Notes: generated by a model not told the origin, from the sequence alone. DNA of 62,859 nucleotides from Octopus sinensis (GCF_006345805.1 NW_021834711.1:1-62859), one strand, 5' to 3'. Counted from the first letter of the stretch, positions 26,651-41,084 are shown. Numbers and translations are program-made.

Positions 26651-27090
26651 ATCTTTAAAAATAATTAACAGTTCTTGGAACATTTCATTTAAAAACCTCA
26701 ACCAGATACTGTTCTACGAGATAGATAACAGGAGTTATGTATTGTTGAATCCAGCTGCCTGGCGTGTGTGCATGATGCATAAAAAACTGCGGGTGGAAAG
26801 AACATCTAAGGAGAAATAACGAGAAAGCTGCTGCTCCGATGTCTAGGCTATTTAGATTTTTACATACAGTGTGTCCGGGCTAAATTTAACAGTTTGCATA
26901 AATAATCTGACAGTTTGCATGAATTAGTTGATAGTTTGCATAAATTGTTACATAGGCGCTTTACATTACACTTATTTATAATTGATTACTGTATGGATTG
27001 AGAGGTGAGGCTGTTAACAGGAAGTTTCTGCGATAACCTCGCGGTTCCCCGAATCCACGTCATACACTTCTCATTTATGCATATGTGTAT

Positions 27091-27945
27091 ACAGGGTGTT
27101 CGCGCTAAATTTGACAGTTTGCACACAAAGAAAAGAAAATACAATATCCCATTGAAAAATAAAATAATTTTAAAAACCGAAAGAACATCAACTAGACTAT
27201 GGCCGGGAGATAACAGTATACTCAGAGTAGCAATTCTCAGTTACCATTACGGTCTCAAGATTGCTCCGGAACCTGGCTCTTGTGTTCCTCGCTGTATCCA
27301 TGGGAAGATCTTCGGACACTTCCTTGATCTTGGTCACCAGCTCGGCCTTGATATTGCAGGTGGAGCCGTTGGAGTCTTTCTAAATCACACCCAACAGATA
27401 ATAATCTCTAGGATTACAATCGGGGGTAGGAGGCCAGAAATTGGGTTTGGTGGAGTGTTGAAGTTCTCCAACAACCACTTCTTACTATTTCTGAAGGTAT
27501 CACTAGGAGACGAACCTTGCTGCCACACATATGACCTTGTAGCAGCAACCCACTTCAGCCAGGGTTCGACCAACCTCCAGCAGCTTCACATAGCTGGCTG
27601 AAGTGAGCTGAACGTCTTGTTTCAAGATGAGGGCGCTCCTTCACTGGAGGCACATCCAAAGACCATCACAGTTTAGGGGTACGTTTTTTCATGATGCTCA
27701 TGTCACGCCTTACAACCTTTACAAAGCTCACAGTCACGATGTCGGTATTTCGATGCTCAGCGCCAAACATCAAGATAAAGGAAAACTCTTCTAATATTCA
27801 GATGGCTTCCTGTCCTCCCTGTCAGCTAACTTTTTCTCAACTACAGCTTTAATCAAAAGGGTCACCAATGCCGTTGATTGTTCAATATCTCAAGGTATTT
27901 CTGAAAAAAGAAAAAAAGACGAGTCATAAAAATTGTCAAATTTAG
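27091..27945 (-). mobile_element. Tc1/mariner (maT/DD37D-like) remnant
   Basis: TA-CAGGGTGTTCGCGCTAAATTTGACAG end, partly mirrored near 27935. The - strand reads PWLKWVAATRSYVWQQGSSP...KKWLLENF. Confidence 0.65.
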
Positions 27946-28093
27946 TCAAATTTACTAAAACTGCGATGGCCTATGGTACAACTTATCTGTATAAAAATAT
28001 GTATCCACCAACCCCTCCAAAAAAAGACAAAACCAGATTGGCAAATAGATATGTAAGTAGAGAGAGATATTGGTAGACAGACAGACAGACATT

Positions 28094-28326
28094 AAGGCGG
28101 CGTGCTGGCAGAAACGTTAGCACGCCGGGCGAAATGCGTAGCCGTATTTCGTCTGCCGTTACGTTCTGAGTTCAAATTCCGCCGAGATCGACTTTGCCTT
28201 TCATCCTTCTGGGGTCGATAGATTAAGTACCAGTTACGCACTGGGGTCGATGTAATCGACTTAATATCTATGTCTGTCCATTTTTGTACCCTCTATGTTT
28301 AGCCCATTGTGAGTAATAAAGAAATA
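28094..28326 (+). mobile_element. SINE family B, full length (tail type 1)
   Basis: Head aaggcggcgtgctggcagaaacgttagcacg with B-box GAGTTCAAATTCC; central gactttgcctttcatccttctggggtcgat (resembles the Meta-SINE domain); tail tgtttagccc...aataaagaaat. Flanked by ggtagacagacagac on both sides. Confidence 0.88.
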
Positions 28327-28342
28327 GGTAGACAGACAGACT

Positions 28343-28383
<41 letters not shown>

Positions 28384-28480
28384 GTAAAGAGATTGATAAA
28401 TAGATAGCTACAAAAAAGAAATAGATGTTTGATATGTAAGATAGATTGATAGATAAATAGATTGACCGGTAGTTATATAA

Positions 28481-28538
<58 letters not shown>

Positions 28539-28539
<1 letters not shown>

Positions 28540-28640
28540 TGTTTCTTTATTAGCCACACAGGGCAGCACATAGACGGGACAAATTACAAGGTAGAGCTTT
28601 TCTTTTGGTGATAAAAAAAGAGGGGTTGGTTTTCGATCAA
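28539..28640 (-). mobile_element. ~100-bp 3' end of a Tx1-related LINE inside (GATA)n
   Basis: The reverse complement ttgatcgaaa...aaaagaaaagctctaccttgtaatttgtcc...gccctgtgtggctaataaagaaac parallels the 3' end of the LINE at 19825-19944. Confidence 0.75.
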
Positions 28641-28672
28641 AGATAGATAGACAGACAGACAGACAGACACAC

Positions 28673-28738
<66 letters not shown>

Positions 28739-29142
28739 ATAATTTATTAGCCTAATCTTTGCATTAACGCCTAAAGTAGCTGAAAACAGCAACCACTTAT
28801 CACCCACATCGTACTTTATTGTCTTGGATAAGAAAGAATACATTGGACGATGTAGTCGCTGGTATTTTCAGAAACATGAAATGGTGAAAGCTGAATCGCC
28901 TTCATCAAAACTTCCTTCTATTAAGGTTAACATGACTTTAAATAGCACTAATGCTTTCTAATTTTAGCACGTATCTAGCAATTTTAGTGGAATGTTAGTC
29001 AATACCACCAATAGCAGGACATTAGTACCAGTAAGGATGAAAGCAAAGTTGTTCTCAGAATTAAAGACAAAACTTACAGGATCACAACAAATACTGGTAA
29101 GCATTTTGTCCGCCGTTCAATGATTCTGATAGCATATCGCCA

Positions 29143-29536
29143 TTACTCTTTACTCTTTTACTTGTTTCAGTCATTTGACTGCGGCCATGCTGGAGCACCG
29201 CCTTTAGTCGAGCAAATCAACCCCAGGACTTATTCTTTGCAAGCCTAGTACTTATTCTATAGGTCACTTTTACCGAACGCTAAGTTACGGAGACGTGAAT
29301 ACACCAGCATCGGTTGTCAAGCGATGTTGGGGGGACAAACACAGACACAAACATACACGCACACATACACATATAAATATACATATATACGACGGGCTTC
29401 TTTCAGTTTCCGTCTACTCACAAGGCTTTGGTCGGGCCGAGGCTATAGTAGAAGACACTTGCCCAAGGTGCCACGCAGTGGGACTGAACCCGGAACCATG
29501 TGGTTGGTAAGCAAGCTACTTACCACACAGCCACTC
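29143..29536 (-). mobile_element. SINE family A, full length
   Basis: Reverse-complement match to family A. Confidence 0.9.
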
Positions 29537-29787
29537 AATCATTGATAATATTTTTCTAATTTTGGAACAGGGTTAGCAATTTTGAGAGAAGGGGTCAAGT
29601 ACATTACATCGACCCCAGTATTCAACAGGTATATCATTTTATCGACCACTAACAAGTGAGAGTTAAAGCTGACCTGGGTGGCATTTGGACACTAGACACA
29701 AAAGGGCCGGAAGAACACAAAACGTACTAACAACAACCAAATGAAATCTCGATACGGCTACTAAAATTACTAGAAATAGTTATTACA

Positions 29788-29902
29788 TTCCGGGTTCAGT
29801 CCCACTACGTGGCGCCTTGGGCAAGTGTCTTCTATTATAGCCTCGAGCCGGCCAAAGCCTTGTGAGTGGATTTGGTAGAAGGAAACTGAAAGAAGCCTGT
29901 CG

Positions 29903-29933
<31 letters not shown>

Positions 29934-30179
29934 ATGTGTGTATGTGTGCCTTCGTGTCTAAGTGTGTGTCTTTGTATGTCTGTGTTTGTCCCCACAACAT
30001 CGCTTGACAACCGATGCTGGTGTGCGTACGTCCCGTAACTTAGCGGTTCGGCGATAGACACCGATAGAATAAGTACTAGTTTTACAAAGAATAAGTCCTG
30101 CCATCGATTTGTTCGACTAAAGGCGGTGCTCTAGCATGGCCGCAGTAAAATGACTGGAACAAGTAAAAGAATAAAAGAA
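29788..30179 (+). mobile_element. SINE family A (5'-clipped)
   Basis: Runs from the B-box to the tail. Confidence 0.9.
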
Positions 30180-30514
30180 TATCGCAACCCAAACTATTTA
30201 TTCTTTAAAACAAAACCAGAAAAGAAAAACAGAGGACACACTATGAGGTGTGGCCCATGGCTGGAACGCTTATAAGTATAGGATTCTTAGAGTAGACATG
30301 AGGCTAAGCTTCTTGAACGAGGCCGGGTCTTTTGTGTTGAAGGTCACAAAAGAGGTGAAGGACTTTGGTAAAAACGTTTTGATTTGCGATAAAGAGAAAA
30401 AGAACACAAAGATATTGTCAGTGGCCAGACGTTGTAAGAATGACACAAGATGTCCAGGAGGCACAGGACATCACCATCATCATGATCATCATCGTCGTCG
30501 TCGCTGTCGTCGTT

Positions 30515-30563
<49 letters not shown>

Positions 30564-30683
30564 CCACCTTCCTCGTCCTCCTCATCATCACCATCATCAT
30601 CATCATCATCATCGTCGTCGTCGTCGTCGTCATCGTCGCTGTCGTCCTCGCCGTCGACGTTATCATCATCATCATCATCATCG

Positions 30684-30719
<36 letters not shown>

Positions 30720-31419
30720 CCACCTTCCTCCTCCTCCTCCTCATCATCATCATCATTGACAGTGTGTCGATGAGAGCTACTGTCAAGCAGTTCAAGATGT
30801 CCGACTTAACGATCAAACGTGTTTAGTGACCAGGACTTTAAGATCAAAAAGAAAAAGAAAAAGACCCCCCCCCAAAAAAAAAACGGAAACCCATTTACGT
30901 GATGACGGAAGGACGCTATTCGTCTCTCGGAAAATTGTGTAACTGTATGACTTACACAACATAAGAATTCACCACTTTCTTGCTCTCCTACTTCGAATCT
31001 CTTCTTCCGGATTACAGCATCCGAAGAGCGGGGATAGGGGGGGTCACACTGTCAGGGAAGTTGGTGTAGACTCTCATAATTGTGGTTTGTGGAATGACCT
31101 GGAGGAGGCAGCGACGCCAAATACGCAGTCGGTTACGTGGCCGATTCGGGATTACACTGGGGATTGAGAATGGTTTCAGTAAATGGCCTACACATGTTTA
31201 TGTATCCGGTTGAGTCTTTGCCAACCGGACATAATTTTTAACAGCTCGGCGTATTTGATTTTTTCCTTTCATGGTGCTTTAATTCTTGATCGCTTGCCAC
31301 ATTCTGCACACAAAGCATGCACGCGCACACACACGCACTCACATACACACACACATACACACGCACATACAGAAGCTCGCACCCATACGTACATAATTAT
31401 ATTAATGCATAAAGAAACA

Positions 31420-31744
31420 TTCATGTGTGCATATGTATATGTATATATATACATATATATATATATATGTATATAAACATATGCATATATATAGGTATAT
31501 ATATATATATATACATGTTATAAATACAAATATATATATATATATATATACAGATACATGCATATATATATATATGTCTGTATATATAATATATATATAT
31601 ATATATTATATATATATACATACATATATATATATATATATTATATATATAATATATATATATAAATACAGATATATATATATATATATATACATACATA
31701 TATATATATATACATACATATATATATATATATAATATATATAG

Positions 31745-31779
<35 letters not shown>

Positions 31780-31980
31780 ATATATATAGATAATATATAT
31801 ATATATAATTATGTATGTATGTATGTGTGTAGCTTGCTTCCAACCACATGGTTCCGGGTTCGGTCCCACTGCGTAGCAACTTGGGCTACTATAGACACGG
31901 GCTGACCAAAGCCTTGTGACTGGATTTGGTAGGCGGAGACTGAAAGAAGCGCGTCGTATATATATATATCATATATATAT

Positions 31981-32066
<86 letters not shown>

Positions 32067-32765
32067 TATGGGGAGAGAGACAGATACAGGCACGGGTAAA
32101 TTTAAATACATTTATGTATGCGCTGGTGAGAGACTAGAACTCATCTAGTTGTAGTCTGGACGCAACTCACTCGAAGATGTTCAGGTACACAGCTGGATCA
32201 TATTAATATGTATAATGTATGTAGATTTCAGTAATTACCAAGAAATACTGATGTGCCGAAACAATTGTTGTGATTTGGAGTAAAGCCCGTTCCTTCCATC
32301 TTCTCGTTTTAAAATACTATTTGTGTCAGTATATATACGTGTATAATTATATGCATGTGTATACATACATATATGCATACATGTATATATATACATATGT
32401 GTGTGTATGTGTGTGTATGTATGTATATATATATATATATGTGTGTGTATGTATATATATATATATATATGAGTGCATGTAACTGTGTGTGCGCGTGTGT
32501 ATATGTTTATTACCCGAACCGTGCCACACCCCAGTGTCAAACACCTCCTGGAGTTTATAACAGAGGTGGCAGTAGAAATTATTTGTGTGCCGTGTGTGTT
32601 TGTGTGTGACTATGTGTATGTGAGTGTATGTATACACACATACGTACATACGTATATATATGTATATATATGTATGTATATATCTGCATATATATAATGT
32701 GTGTGTATTTATATATATATACACATACATACATACATACATATATATATATATACATATATATA

Positions 32766-32798
<33 letters not shown>

Positions 32799-32895
32799 GT
32801 ATGTATATATATATAAATATATATGTATATATGTATATATATGCATATATATAAATATATATATATGTATATGCATGTGTGTGTATATACATGTA

Positions 32896-32930
<35 letters not shown>

Positions 32931-33535
32931 CATATATGTATGTATGTATGCGTGGCTGTTTCCCTGCTGGTTGTGGTGGTGATGCTAATGTATGTGTGTC
33001 TGTTTGTGTGTGTGTGTTGTGTGTGTGTGTGTATGTGTGTCTGTCTGTATGTATGTATGTATGTATGTATGTATATGTGTGTGTAGAGATTTAGTGGGTG
33101 GATGGTAGTGGGTCGTCAAAAAAAATACCAAAAAAAAACAAAACAAGGGAAGAAAAAAAAGAAAAACAGCGATGGTGCGCGAGAAAGGCGCGCTGTTACG
33201 ATGACGGCTGAAAAGGAGGTTTGGGCGGTGGTTTAGGGGTGAAGGCACATGTTGTGGCGGTGGCAGTGGTTGTGTTGGCAGTGGTGGTGGTGGTTATGGT
33301 AGAAGGTAGGCATGTAGGAGAGAAGGAAGGTGTGTGTGTGTGTGTGTGCATCTGAATGTGTAGTGGGATTTTAGTTATGTCAAAACACTGTACCCTCCAT
33401 TTCACTTGTTAGGTTATGTTTTTATTTTCCTCTTCTCTTCTTCCCTTTCTTTCTTTCCATCTTTGTTTATACGTATATTTATTTATTTATTATTCCTTGA
33501 AAATTTTTCTCTTGTTTTCTTTTGCTTTATTATTA

Positions 33536-33610
<75 letters not shown>

Positions 33611-33930
33611 GTTTTGAACCTCAAGGTCAATACGAAAGCTATGTAGATTTTAGACTCTGAAGCAATTAAGTTCGTACGCTTCTCTATGTATGTATGTAAG
33701 TATGTATGTATGTATGTATATATGTATATGTATGTATGTATGTATGTATGTGTGCGCACCTCTGTGTGTGTGTGTGTGTGAATGTATGCATACGTAATTG
33801 AGTGTGTATGCTGCAATGTATGCATTGCATATTTGTGTGTGTGTATAGAAATATCTATATATATATCCATATATGTGTACGCATATATATATATATATAC
33901 ACACATACACACATATGTAAATATGAAATA

Positions 33931-33977
<47 letters not shown>

Positions 33978-34023
33978 ATGCATACATATACATGTATGTA
34001 TAATATATATATATATAATATAA

Positions 34024-34054
<31 letters not shown>

Positions 34055-34753
34055 TATACTAATATACATATATATGCACACATATTATGTAGATGTTTTA
34101 TGCATAGTATATAAATATGTGTGCGTATCTTCCTGCGTACATGTGTGTGTGTGTGTGTGTGTGTGTGGGTGTGTGTAGAATACACAAACGCATTATATGC
34201 TGACAGCTCTAATCGTCAGCAGAGATTCTGCTTTTGTTGAAAGAAAAATAGTGAGGTTCGCTCGTTCGCAAAAATTCAAGTATTTTGGAATGTAAAAATT
34301 CTGAATGCTGAATGTTGATGGTATACCGAATGGCATACATTCGAATGCCAAAACAACGATGATAAAAAAGCAACAACAGCAACAACGACAACATAACGTC
34401 AACAACAACAACATCGGCAATAAACACTGAAGCCGAAGCAAAAGAACAACATCAAGAACAAGAAAAGAGGAAGAGAATGAGGAAGAAGAAGAAGAAGAAG
34501 ATGACGAAGAAGAAAGGAAGAAGAAGAAGAAGAAAGAAGAAAGGAAGAAGAGGAAGAATAAGAAGAAGAAGAAAGGAAGAAGAAGAAGAAGAAGAAGAAG
34601 AAGAAGAAGGAGAACAACAACAACAACAACAACAACAACAAATGTATATAGTATAGTAAAACGAGAAATTATAATAAACGGAAGAGAAAAATGTGAGAAT
34701 GACAAGATGGCGACGACGACAACGAAGAAGAAGAAGAAGAAGAAGAAGAAGAA

Positions 34754-34785
<32 letters not shown>

Positions 34786-35810
34786 AGAAGAAGAGGAAGA
34801 AGAAGAAGAGGAAAAGAAGAAGAAGAAAGAAGAAGAAAGAAAATTGATTATAAGGATGAGGAGGGGGAGGTGGGGGAGGAGGGGCGAAAGAAAACAGACG
34901 AATAAGAAAAGCAAAATATGATGACAGCAACTAAACGAGATGAATGACAACGATGATGATGATGATGATGATGATGAATGATGATGATGATGATGATGAT
35001 GATGATGTCACCGATGATGATGATGGAATCGAAGTAAAATGGAAAGGAAAAAGTGGAGGAAAAGTAAGTAAACAGAAAATGGTGAAGTGTTAGAAAGAGG
35101 ATGAGTAAGAAGAAATAAACGTCGACGACAACGAAGAAGAAGAAGAAGAAGAAGAAGAAGAAGAAGAAGAAGAAGAAGAAGAAGAAGAAGAAGAAGAAGA
35201 AGAAGAAGAAGAAGAAGAAGAAGAAGAAGAAGAAGAAGAAGAAGAAGAAGAAGAAGCAGAAGAAGAACAGCAACAACAACACCAACAAGAGAGAGATAAA
35301 AACCTCTAACCTTTCTGATACTCCCTCCTTAATCATAGGCGGCATGTGTTAGCGTTTTACCGGGAAAATGTTGCGAAAACTTAAATCAACAGCAACAGTA
35401 AAAACAACAACAGCAACGCCAATGACAAGAAGAAACGTGAATAGTAGAAGCAATACGAACAACTAAAAAGCAACAATAAAACAACGCCAAAAGCAAAAAC
35501 AATGAAAATAACAAAAGCAACGACGACGACGACGACAACAAGAACAAGAACAACAACAACAACAACAACAACAACGAGAACGGCGATTTTGAAACAAGGA
35601 AAAATTCCACAAAGTATTTAGCAAATATGTGTGTGTGTGGTGGGTGTGAGTATATTTATATAGTGTGTGTGCATGCATTCGTGCATATGTATGTATATTT
35701 ATATATATTTATATATATATATATACATATATATTATTATATATATATATTATATATATATATATATGTAATATATGTATGTATGTAGTATGTATATATA
35801 TATGTATATA

Positions 35811-35885
<75 letters not shown>
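31420..35885. repeat. Large compound microsatellite region: (AT)n, (ATGT)n, (GT)n, (ATT)n, (AAG)n, (AAC)n, (GAT)n
   Basis: Directly visible; includes a SINE-A head at ~31830-31960. Confidence 0.95.
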
Positions 35886-35889
<4 letters not shown>

Positions 35890-36066
35890 TCGAAAGAAGC
35901 AAGCGAGAAGTAAGAAATGAGTACAAGAGAAAGAATTGAAGAACTGACGACAGTTAAGGAACAATTATATGACGCTAGACTAAAAGGTTATTGAAATTCA
36001 GCAGAAGAATTCTTCCTCCAAGTTCCAGGAACACAACTTATCTCGTATTTTTCCTCCTGTATATAA

Positions 36067-36111
<45 letters not shown>

Positions 36112-36399
36112 ATTTGTTATTCTTAACTATTTGTTTTATGTTTTTGTTTTTTGCTCAACCCTCTCTACACAGAACCCCATTTTTTGTGTTAGTGGGGGTG
36201 GGTGCGGTGTGGGGGTGAGTATTTTGGCGTTTTCGTTTATTGTCTTTCATTCTTTATTCCTCCCCCACCCTACCCGCCACCCTCATGCTTCACTTTATCT
36301 TAACGTTTTCCTTTTTTTTTTTCTCTTCAAGTCTTCCTTTATTTTTGTGTCGGTTCATCCTTGTTGCGTTCGTATTCGCGCCAGTCTGCCATTACAAAC

Positions 36400-36697
36400 G
36401 TCCTAGAATTGCTGAACGTTGGAAACAGAAAGTCTTGCCGTGTATGTTCTGATTCTTTACATCCTGCGGTCAAATCCTGCCGACGGCCAACGTTTCTTTC
36501 TTTCTTTCTTTCTTTTTTTCTTTCTTTCTTTCTTTTTTTCTTTCTTTCTTTCTTCTTTCTTTCTTTCTTTCTTTCTTTCTTTTTTTCTTTCTTTCTTTCA
36601 GGGATCGATAGAATAAAGTATCTGTCAAGTACTGGAGTCGATGATATTGACTAACCCCGTCCCCTCAAAATTACTGTTTTGTGCCAAAACTAGAAAC
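36400..36697 (+). mobile_element. Old SINE-B-like copy with a (CTTT)n expansion in its central domain
   Basis: caaatcctgccga...(cttt)n...cagggatcgatagaataaagta...gtactggagtcgatg...ttgtgccaaaactagaaac. Confidence 0.6.
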
Positions 36698-36764
36698 GAA
36701 CCAAGGTCGACTATCTGAGCTGCCAGCAATGGCCACAACATGTACTGCACGCATTTGTGCTATG

Positions 36765-36950
36765 TCCGAGCGTTGCTTTGTGTTCTTGAGCAAAACACTT
36801 CATTTCACATTGCTCCAGTCCACTCAGCTAGCAAAAATGAATAACCCTGCGACGGACCGGCGTCCCGTCCAGGTGGGGAATATATATACCGTGAAACAGG
36901 GAAACCAGCCCTTATGAGTCGGCAAGACTCGAGAAGGGAAATTTACTTAC
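36765..36950 (+). mobile_element. SINE family C fragment (CORE-like central domain)
   Basis: ttgtgttcttgagcaaaacacttcatttcacattgctccagtccactcagc is shared with the - strand copy at 62575-62859. Confidence 0.65.
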
Positions 36951-37374
36951 TTTCTCCTCTATCCACATTTAACAACTTGGTGCAAACGGTAGTCTGCTGA
37001 CCAATGGCCCTCGGTGAAAGAAGTTGTAGGAAGGACGGGGTTGAAAGGTTTAAGGAATACCACTCTTCTCTTCGTTGTCATAGATTCTTTCAAGTTCAAT
37101 CGGAAAAGAAGAGTGAGGTTGGAGAAGGAAATGCCCACCCTACAAAATTCGTCAAGAGGTGAGTGACAGTAACAAAAATGTTTACGCTGAATGGACGAAT
37201 TCTAAGTCTGCATCTGTTGATTTGAAAACAACAGTTGATCAAGGGCTTGTGCCCCTAACGAGCAGGGATCTTTGGCGTTCTTTCACTGGGCTTAATCCTA
37301 TTCACATACTTTATATCACGTTTTCCTCTCCTCTTCTTTTCATCCCTCATCTGTTTTTTTTTAATGAAAACTTA

Positions 37375-39610
37375 TGTAAGCTGCCCTTATAATGCATACA
37401 GTAACCACCCCCACCTCGATAAAGAAAACTTTGATAGATAACATTGGGAAAAGAATTTCAATGCCCTCTTCGAATTATGAGAGCTTCCAAAGAAATGCTG
37501 ACTACTACAACGAAGCATTAAGGAAGGCTGGATACATGGAACAAATTAAATTCTATGATAAGAATAAAAATAGTAACAATTACACAAAATATAAAAACGT
37601 AAACAACCTAAATAATGATAATATAGGGAAAAACATAAAAGAAAACGTAGATGGGAATAGAAATTTAAATTTAAATAAAAAGAAAAAGAAAAAGAAGTAT
37701 AATATTCATAATAGGGTAACACATCGTAATTTTATTGAACTCAAGAAGCAGATAAAATGCATAAAAACAGAAAAAATAAATGGAATAAAGAATAAGGATA
37801 GGATTGGATTAATGGGGAAGTATTTAAAATTAAACGAAAATTATAATTCAGACCAAACTTTAAATAATGTAGAAGATAATAACGATATTTGCGTAAATAT
37901 AAATACGAGGGATAATATTATAAACACAAATAAAAATAAAACAATACGGTTGATAGTCCCATATAGGACTCAAGTTAAAAGTAGTATTAGAAAAGAAATC
38001 ACTAAAACAATAAAATCCTTTATTATGGAAAAAAATATATGGACATATTCTCTAAAAATAATAATATAGGAGTGGGATATTCTACTACTAACAATGTAAG
38101 GAACATAATCTCATCAATAAATAAGCCTAGGTTGAATAAATATTACTACGATAAATTAAATAAGCACCCTAATAGGAGGGTTGGAGACATTTAAAAGTTG
38201 CAACTGTAGGGATAAGAACCACTTTAACTTAACGGTAGAGGTAATGTAATTGATGTAGTATATAAATGTGTGGTTTCTGTAAATGCAGATGGAAATGAAA
38301 AAAGCGAAATAAATAATACGGATATTGAACGTTATCCAGATAGAACGTATATTGGGTCCACATCGAATAGAATTAAGCAACGAATAGCACAGCACATGAA
38401 TTCATTTAAAATGAGAAACTAATGAAATCGACAGGATTAAGTAAATACATTTGGAGGTTAAAGTCGAAAGAAATCAAATATGAATTAAAATGGGATATAA
38501 TAAGTAAAACTAAATCGTATAGAATTGGAAATAGGTTATGTCTGTTATGTACCCAGGAATTCATGGAGATATTATGGGCCAAAATGCGACTACTTAACGC
38601 TCAGGAGGAAAGAAAAATAAAATGTAAACATAAACTGATGTGCTTAATTAGCAACGTCCAACCCTAAAATAAGGAAATAATTTAATTCGTACGTAATGTC
38701 ACTACCACTATTATTTAATATGAACGTATTAGTTTAAATATACTTACCATTCGGTGTGGGGAGGTATAGTAGTGCGGTGAGTGTGAACAAAGGGTGGTAA
38801 TAATAAGAAATAAAAGAAAGTAATGCCCCCATAATGCATTTATTTATTTCCTGCACCATCGTTACTATCAAGATAATGTGCTAATTAAGCAATAGTTTAA
38901 AAGAAGCAGCAAGTACGTGGAAATGTAGATATTTTCGCTGAGACTTGCGGCGTTAAGTTGAACTTAGCTCGACTTATGACCATGTTATAGAGCGGTAGAT
39001 TGAACATACATATTTTTTACATTTGTTTTACGATATGTTTTACGTTATTTTTTTACGTTTTAATTACGCTCTAACTTTTACTTTTTAAAATTAAAATTAT
39101 ATTTTATCATTCTTAATTTTTTTCTCTGTAGATTTCGTTATATATCTTTTTATACTATTTGCATTTTGTCATTCATTCGTATTTGTTTACGTCCACTTTT
39201 ATCTATTGTATTTATTCGAATATATATTTCTTTGTTACTGTTTATTTTATCATCACTATATTATATATTCTTTTCACTATATAATATTTTTCTTCATTCC
39301 TACATATTATTAATTTATATGTATGTTCCTAGGCATAAGTCACGTTTGATTTTAGTTTAAGAAATTTTTAAAAATTAAAAATAAATTTAATTGTTAATTA
39401 ATTAAATTATGGCTTGCACGGCAAGGTTCTGCGAATTTATTTGCACACCAGCATATTTGTTTGTTAGTTACATTCATAACTGATAAAATATAAAAATATT
39501 GGAATAGTTGTAGAATTATAAAAAGTGATGGAGAGTCCTGATGATTGGGGTTGCAGTTAAGACGTTCAAAGCACTTCATGAATCACGTGTAGAAGAGAAA
39601 GTTGGAAGTA
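37375..39610 (+). mobile_element. Penelope-like element, 3' remnant (RT thumb, linker, GIY-YIG endonuclease, 3' non-coding region)
   Basis: PTSIKKTLIDNIGKRIS..SSNYESF....YYNEALRKAGY; KSCNCRDK; DVVYKCVV...RTYIGSTSNRIKQRIAQH; STGLSKYIWRLK...LKWDII...CLLC...LLN...CKH. Confidence 0.85.
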
Positions 39611-39758
39611 TTAAAATAAAATTCTATGATATGGTGTGATGTATATTAGGATTTGGTGAATTGCATGGGGACTTCTATCTCCAAATGACATATATTTCCT
39701 CATATATATATGGATAGATAGATAGATATACATATATACATACATACGCACATACATG

Positions 39759-39855
<97 letters not shown>

Positions 39856-40232
39856 ATTCCGATTCAGAAACAAATCTTTAAACAAAGTTTTGTCATGTAA
39901 GACAATAACTTAAAGCTGAAGAAATAATTCAAACGATATACATTATTGTCAATGATTTAAACCTAACGCATTATTTTTTTTTCCGCGAAAGAAATCCTAG
40001 AAAACATGAAAATATAACTCCTACACAAAGAAAAATTCCTACGAGATGTATAACTAAAGATTCAATTGACTTCTATTCGTAACCGAAAACCGGCAAAAAA
40101 ATCTTACTTGTAAAGGTCGGACACTCCTAGAAACATTAAGCAACATAAAATATCTTCGTGGAAAGGAGAGATCTGAAATCGAAACCTGAGTTTTTTTCGT
40201 CACCTAAAATAGCGCCATTATTCCAAGGAGAA

Positions 40233-40665
40233 TAAGGCGGCGAACTGGCAGAAACGTTAGCACGCCAAGCGAAATGCTTGGCGGTATTTCGTCTGCCGTT
40301 ACGTTCTGAGTTCAAATTCTGCCAAGGTCGACTTTGCTTTTCATCCTTTCGGGGTCTATTAAATAAATACCAGTTACGCACTGGGGTCGATATAATCGAC
40401 TTAATCCGTCTGTCTGTTCTTGTTTGTCCCCTCTGTGTTTAGCCCTTTGTGGGCAATAAAGAAATAAAAAACGTTAGCACGCCGGGCGAAATGCTTGGCG
40501 GGATTTCGTCTGCCGCTACGTTCTAAGTTCAAATTCCGCCGAGGTTGACTTCACCTTTCATCCTTTCGGGGTCGATAAATTAAGTACCAGTTGAGTACTG
40601 GGTATCGATTTAATCAACAGGCTCCTTCCCCCATAATTTCGAGCTTTGTGCCTAACCGTAGAAAT
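40233..40665 (+). mobile_element. SINE family B dimer (tail-1 copy followed by a head-clipped tail-2 copy)
   Basis: Junction ...gggcaataaagaaataaa|aaacgttagcacgccgggcg at ~40468. Confidence 0.88.
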
Positions 40666-41084
40666 TTTAACAAAAAGGAGAATAATTCATTAACTGCTGA
40701 TCGAAAAATTGTAAAGGAAATACTGTTAACCACACCTTGCTGAAGCACAAAAAGATAACCCAGACGAGTTCTTTCACTTCACAGCTTCACACAGGGAGCG
40801 ATAACTAACATCTTGGCGTAAAAAGAGCAAAATACAATATGAGCACATGGTCCTCATCGTTTCCCTGTAATTAAAAAAGAAAAAAAACAGGAACATAGGC
40901 TTTAAGCTAATCTAAATATATTTCTAGACTATAGTCACAGGCATGGCTGTGTGGTTAAGAAATTCGTTTTGCAGCCACAACTAGTTTCGGGTTCAGTTCC
41001 ATTGCATGTCAGCTTGGAAAAGTGTTTTCTGCTATGGCCACAAGCGACCAGTGTCTTGTGAGGAAATTCTGCTGCAGAAGCTTT

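Noticed and set aside
34286-34306. miR-1-like tggaatgtaaa
   Set aside because: Only the first 11 nt match, and I see no complementary precursor arm.
35917-35994. Short ORF MSTRERIEELTTVKEQLYDARLKGY as a host exon
   Set aside because: No recognisable homology and no clear splice signals.
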